From Candidatus Spechtbacteria bacterium SB0662_bin_43 (lineage in GTDB: Bacteria > Patescibacteriota > Minisyncoccia > Spechtbacterales > 2-12-FULL-38-22): 64,000 nt of DNA. A model generated the notes under the pieces. It was given only the letters and a program-made list of their open reading frames with translations. It did no database searches and was not told where the DNA came from. Position numbers and translations under genes: made by a program. Shown piece by piece: positions 60,212 to 64,000 of the stretch (position 1 is the stretch's first letter; every line of letters starts with the position of its first letter). The stretch spans positions 4,025 through 68,024 of the forward strand of contig VXOY01000010.1 of assembly GCA_009839835.1 (NCBI GenBank), written 5' to 3'.

Positions 60212-61225
60212 ATGTTTTTGAGTAGAAAAAAATACGATATTGTCTCAGTTGGTTCAGCAGTATATGACGTCTATTTAGAGAGCAAGCATTTTCGCGCCAT
60301 TGAAGATGAATCGTTTGTAACAGGTACAGGGTTGTGTCTTGATTTGGGTGCAAAGTTATCCGTAGACAAGTTTCATCTCACAACAGGAGGAGGGGCGTTG
60401 AACACCGCGATAACATTTGCGAACCAAGGGTTGAGCGTTGCGCTTGCAACAAAGATAGGGAACGACACAAATGGTACTATTATACAGCACGTTATGCGCG
60501 AGCACGGTATTGCAACCGATTTTCTTACCGTTGATACAGATCGTCCAACAACGATGTCTATTTTGTTGCACGCAACGAAAAATGGGGAACGGAGCGTTAT
60601 CTCGTGCAAAGGTGCGTCAGCCTACCTCAATGCTCAAGAGCTGCCCATTGCAAAAGTATTGTCGCACACAAATTGGCTCTACATTACGCACATCCCTGAA
60701 GGGGGCAGTGGTTTATTTGAAGAATTGGTTATGTCAGCACGAAGAAAAGGGGTTGCTATTGCATTAAATCCAGGAAAGACACAGTTGAAAATGAGGCATG
60801 ATTTAGTGCCATTGCTTGCGAACGTGTCAGTGTTTTTTGTCAATCAAGAGGAGGCGTCGCTCCTGACTGGTGTAGAGTACGAAAAAGAAGACGAGGTGTT
60901 TTCTCGATTGGATGAATGGGTGGATGGCTTAGTGGTTATGACAAAAGGAAAACAGGGTGTGTCTGTTTCTGATGGTAAGACACAGTGGAGTGCGCCATGT
61001 TTGCCCGATGCAGGGTTTGTTGACAGGACAGGAGCAGGGGATGCATTTGGATCTGGCTTCACGTCTGTTCTCTTGCGCCACGGTAGCGTAGAAGAGGCAA
61101 TACAAGTTGGGAGTGCGAACGCAACTGCTGTCCTGCGAGAATGGGGAGCAAACAGGGGGCTTTTACAGCACGATGATTCGCCTGATAGGTTTGGAACAGT
61201 AGATATAGTAAAGACAAAACTATGA
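60212..61225 (+). CDS. PfkB-family carbohydrate/nucleoside kinase
   Basis: GGGALNTA N-terminal and DRTGAGDAFGSGF C-terminal PfkB signatures. Confidence 0.8.
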   Translation: MFLSRKKYDIVSVGSAVYDVYLESKHFRAIEDESFVTGTGLCLDLGAKLSVDKFHLTTGGGALNTAITFANQGLSVALATKIGNDTNGTIIQHVMREHGIATDFLTVDTDRPTTMSILLHATKNGERSVISCKGASAYLNAQELPIAKVLSHTNWLYITHIPEGGSGLFEELVMSARRKGVAIALNPGKTQLKMRHDLVPLLANVSVFFVNQEEASLLTGVEYEKEDEVFSRLDEWVDGLVVMTKGKQGVSVSDGKTQWSAPCLPDAGFVDRTGAGDAFGSGFTSVLLRHGSVEEAIQVGSANATAVLREWGANRGLLQHDDSPDRFGTVDIVKTKL

Positions 61226-62454
61226 TTCGTCTTCACGATATAGTGCGTATTAAGGAGAAAAAGATGAAAGAACTGGATGTCCATATGCAGGCAAAGGTTG
61301 GAATCTCTGGTGTGCGCGAACGGCTTGAGAACACAATACAACAAGGCATAAATTCAAAGTTAGGCATACTGGGACTATCAGAGGATTCGTCGTATGACGA
61401 GGTGCACAAGGGGATTTTTCGCGCTGTGCAACACGATGAGGCACAGTTGTATAAGTATGTTGGAATAGAGCCTTCCAATGTTGATTTTCAAAAGATTACT
61501 CAGCGCGCACGGGAAATGGGTGGTGAGCAGAACGGATTTTTTCTCAAAAAAGAGTGCGCCCGTAAAATATTAGAGAAACGTCCTCCTGAGACAACGATGA
61601 AGCAGTTGGGGTACTCGTCTGTTGAAGAGATGCTCTCGCGCGAGGATATTATGGATGTTTTCTCTGCCCTTCGTTTTACAGAGAGTACAGAGTGGATGCA
61701 CAAGACATTTGATGACGCGTACTCTCGTTTTACAGCGAACGACTTTGAGAAGCGCGCGATAGAGATTCGCGTCTTGGGCGACCAATGGAAAGAAGTTGCA
61801 GAAAAGTTTGTCGCAAAAAAACATCACAACGTGAGCCACCTGAAAGAGTTTGGCGTTATTTTTGTGAACCCTATTGCAGAGTCCGCACCAGGGAAATTCC
61901 TGCGCGACTTTGCGTTATTGCTCCACTACACGCACGAGATTGTATTTTATAGCAAGCTGTTTGAGCGATACATTGAGAGAGAAGATTTTAATGAGAGATT
62001 TTTGTCGCTGCTGCGTGGCGATGTTCCGCGACAGCCGCTTTTTCGGAGGAAGGGAGAGTGGTTGATTATTCAGCGATACCTCTGGAAAGAGAACCCGAAT
62101 GATAAACGGCTATTTGCGCCACGGGTGAATCCTGAATCGTTGCACTGGCGTAAGGCACAACAGGATATTGTCGCCTTGTCGCAAAAAGAGCAGATTGATG
62201 GATTTTCCCTCTGGGACGATTCCGACTACTTGGCAGCCTTCTTCCCGCACGCAAACGAGCTTGGAATGGTGAGCTTTGATATGGAAGACAGCGCGATGAG
62301 CTTTGTTGCGCACAACGAACAGCAAGACACTCGTTTTATCTATCACCAACAAGAGGCGCTCTGGAATAAAATATTCGCGTCATACGTTGGTGGGTACGAT
62401 AGATTGGAAGAGTACATTCTTGATTTTATGGACAGAGGGCGAATTACACTATAG
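61222..62454 (+). CDS. Hypothetical protein (410 aa)
   Basis: Clean ORF overlapping upstream stop by 4 nt (operonic); no recognisable motifs. Confidence 0.5.
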   Translation: MIRLHDIVRIKEKKMKELDVHMQAKVGISGVRERLENTIQQGINSKLGILGLSEDSSYDEVHKGIFRAVQHDEAQLYKYVGIEPSNVDFQKITQRAREMGGEQNGFFLKKECARKILEKRPPETTMKQLGYSSVEEMLSREDIMDVFSALRFTESTEWMHKTFDDAYSRFTANDFEKRAIEIRVLGDQWKEVAEKFVAKKHHNVSHLKEFGVIFVNPIAESAPGKFLRDFALLLHYTHEIVFYSKLFERYIEREDFNERFLSLLRGDVPRQPLFRRKGEWLIIQRYLWKENPNDKRLFAPRVNPESLHWRKAQQDIVALSQKEQIDGFSLWDDSDYLAAFFPHANELGMVSFDMEDSAMSFVAHNEQQDTRFIYHQQEALWNKIFASYVGGYDRLEEYILDFMDRGRITL

Positions 62455-62465
62455 GGTGCAGTATT

Positions 62466-62573
62466 ACAGCGACCTCCAAAAGATTTTTTCTGGACTAAAC
62501 TGATTACAGCAACCGCCAGAAAAAACTTTTTTCGGTCGCTATGTGATATGTATAGAAAGTAAATTCTTTTTTA
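62466..62573. repeat. Family-A intergenic structured repeat, copy 2
   Basis: acagcgacctccaaaagattttttctg...cagaaaaaactttttcggtcgcta + tatagaaagtaaattctttttt module; 20 nt upstream of fba start. Confidence 0.6.
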
Positions 62574-62592
62574 TAATATAAGATATTGTTGT

Positions 62593-63468
62593 ATGAAAAC
62601 ATTGCGCGAATTGCACAAGCAGGCAAGGGAAGAAAAGTGGGCAATGCCGCACTTTAATTTTTCTACCATTGACCAATTGCACAGTTTGATAGAGACAGCG
62701 CATAGTATGCGTTCTCCGTTTGTCGTTGGCTTGTCTGAAGGGGAGAGAAAAGCCGTTGGTCTTCGTCAGGCAGTTGCTTTGATACGGAGTTTTCGGGAGC
62801 AAGGAAAATGTGTTTTTTTGAACGCTGACCATTCGCACAGTAAAGAGAGCGCGTTTGAAGCAATAGACGCTGGGTTTGATTCTATCCATATTGATCTATC
62901 CAAAGAAGAGTACGAGAAGAATAAGCAAGACACTCAGGAAGTTGTTGAGTACGCACGGGCACGGAACAGCGACATTGAGGTTGAGGGAGAGTTAGGGTAT
63001 CTGGTTACGGATTCGTCAAAAGTGTACACCGATACAATAGAGATACCCGAAGATTCGTACACGCAGCCTGAGCAAGCAAAAGAGTACGTTGAATATACGC
63101 AGGTTGATAGGTTCTCTCCTGTATTTGGCAACTTGCACGGTATTGCGGCAAACACTCCACAGATACGGTTTGATATTATCGAGAGCATACGGAAGGTGGT
63201 TCCTGAACATGTCACCCTCGTTGTCCACGGAGGCTCTGGTATCACTGATGTTGATTTTCAACACATTGTGCGGTCTGGATTTAGTAACGCGCACATTAGT
63301 ACTGAGATACGACTTGCGTACGCGCAGGGATTGCGAAAAGCACTGAACGAGGATCCAGATGAGATCGCCCCATATCGTTTTGTAAAGCAGGCGCAAAAAG
63401 CACTCCAAGATGTTGCGCGAAAGAAGATACTACTCTTTGGTTCAGACAATACGATTGCACAAGAGTAA
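62593..63468 (+). CDS. fba: Class II fructose-1,6-bisphosphate aldolase
   Basis: FLNADHSH and VVHGGSGI zinc-ligand blocks of class II FBA/TBP aldolases. Confidence 0.8.
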   Translation: MKTLRELHKQAREEKWAMPHFNFSTIDQLHSLIETAHSMRSPFVVGLSEGERKAVGLRQAVALIRSFREQGKCVFLNADHSHSKESAFEAIDAGFDSIHIDLSKEEYEKNKQDTQEVVEYARARNSDIEVEGELGYLVTDSSKVYTDTIEIPEDSYTQPEQAKEYVEYTQVDRFSPVFGNLHGIAANTPQIRFDIIESIRKVVPEHVTLVVHGGSGITDVDFQHIVRSGFSNAHISTEIRLAYAQGLRKALNEDPDEIAPYRFVKQAQKALQDVARKKILLFGSDNTIAQE

Positions 63469-63491
63469 GAGATGCTGTATAATGATGTATT

Positions 63492-63797
63492 ATGAAAAAA
63501 ACAGAATTTGAATACAAGTACGTGAAGAAGTGCGCTGACTGTAAAACAATGTTCTCTTCTCGGTCTATTCATCTTGTGGATCGGTTCAAAAACGTTTCGC
63601 AAGTGTATGTTGAGTGTAAAAAATGCAAAAAATCTGTGTTGGTATATATTGTCAAAAGCGAAGGTCTCTTTGTGACGCAGATTGACGTGCCAACCGATAT
63701 GAAAAAAGAAGACATCATTCGTTTTCAAAATATGTCGCCAGTCAGCGAAGACGAAGTACTGGCGTTCCGCAAATGGATCAAAAAGAGTGCTGTCTAA
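63492..63797 (+). CDS. Small zinc-ribbon hypothetical protein
   Basis: CADCK ... CKKCKK Cys pairs; 101 aa. Confidence 0.45.
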   Translation: MKKTEFEYKYVKKCADCKTMFSSRSIHLVDRFKNVSQVYVECKKCKKSVLVYIVKSEGLFVTQIDVPTDMKKEDIIRFQNMSPVSEDEVLAFRKWIKKSAV

Positions 63798-63832
63798 ATC
63801 ATATCTAACAAGTGCTTATATACCTCATTCGT

Positions 63833-63864
63833 AAAAATCTCTCTATGTAATAGAGAGATTTTTT
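63833..63864 (+). terminator. Rho-independent terminator
   Basis: aaaaatctctcta-tgtaa-tagagagatttttt. Confidence 0.6.
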
Positions 63865-63888
63865 GATGGTGTGGTATAATACAATGTT

Positions 63889-64000
63889 ATGGATAAAGAA
63901 CAGAAACTTCAAAAATTAAACAACTTTGTTTTCTTTGACACAGAACAAGGCAAGGTGAATATAGATGTTTTCTTTGCAGATGACACTATATGGCTGACAC
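63889..64000 (+). CDS. RhuM/DinD-family (Fic-associated N-terminal-type) protein, 5' fragment running off the window
   Basis: MDKEQKLQKLNNFVFFDTEQGKVNIDVFFADDTIWLT matches the xxYxTEDGxxxIxVxxxxETVWLT N-terminal block of RhuM/DinD proteins. Extended -10 TGgTATAAT at 63866-74. Confidence 0.5.
   Translation, partial: MDKEQKLQKLNNFVFFDTEQGKVNIDVFFADDTIWLT

Overview
This 64-kb window is from a gene-dense, low-GC bacterial chromosome (by eye about 40-47% GC in core genes). The gene content and signals fit a Candidate Phyla Radiation / Patescibacteria-type genome. The 16S rRNA is divergent, lacks the CCUCC anti-Shine-Dalgarno tail and is not followed by a 23S gene. Transketolase and ComEC are each split into two genes, the F-type ATP synthase operon is compact, and core genes have essentially no Shine-Dalgarno (SD) sequences.

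Genes in order:
- dnaE (the N-terminal ~800 codons; the gene runs off the left edge).
- rnhB-rpmF-nusB-rnc, then a secreted hypothetical protein.
- rpsP (with a long charged tail), a KH-domain protein and trmD.
- A GC-rich two-gene islet: an unknown protein plus a GalT/HIT-like nucleotidyltransferase.
- dapF.
- A ~9.2-kb AT-rich defence island: type I restriction-modification hsdR, an embedded AlbA_2 + HATPase_c_4 gene, an hsdM-hsdS fusion, a small HEPN-like protein and an OLD-family ATPase-Toprim nuclease.
- The 16S rRNA gene, directly abutting the island.
- An orphan purQ.
- The atpBEFHAGDC operon plus a beta-carbonic-anhydrase-like gene.
- HD, NUDIX, LOG, CAP and MutY-like genes.
- Split comEC.
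- A five-gene operon headed by a Fur-family regulator from a leaderless promoter: P-loop ATPase, PLP decarboxylase, CysK-rhodanese fusion and SufS-like desulfurase.
- tRNA-Asn(GTT), a SpoU-family methyltransferase and an FtsW/RodA-family protein.
- Several GC-rich secreted or membrane hypotheticals.
- A sugar-phosphate cluster: gap, an FAD-linked oxidase, rpiB, rpe, split tkt, a PfkB-family kinase and fba.
- A partial RhuM/DinD-like gene at the right edge.

Besides the defence island, the main signals the annotation does not explain are:
- Two families of conserved, hairpin-forming intergenic repeats, one of which shows compensatory stem changes between copies.
- A two-class gene pattern: GC-rich genes with AGAAAGGA SD-like leaders versus SD-less core genes.
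- Several structured intergenic regions: the atpB-atpE spacer, a promoter-to-terminator sRNA candidate upstream of atpB, a nested palindrome inside the hsd operon and a GC-rich orphan spacer.
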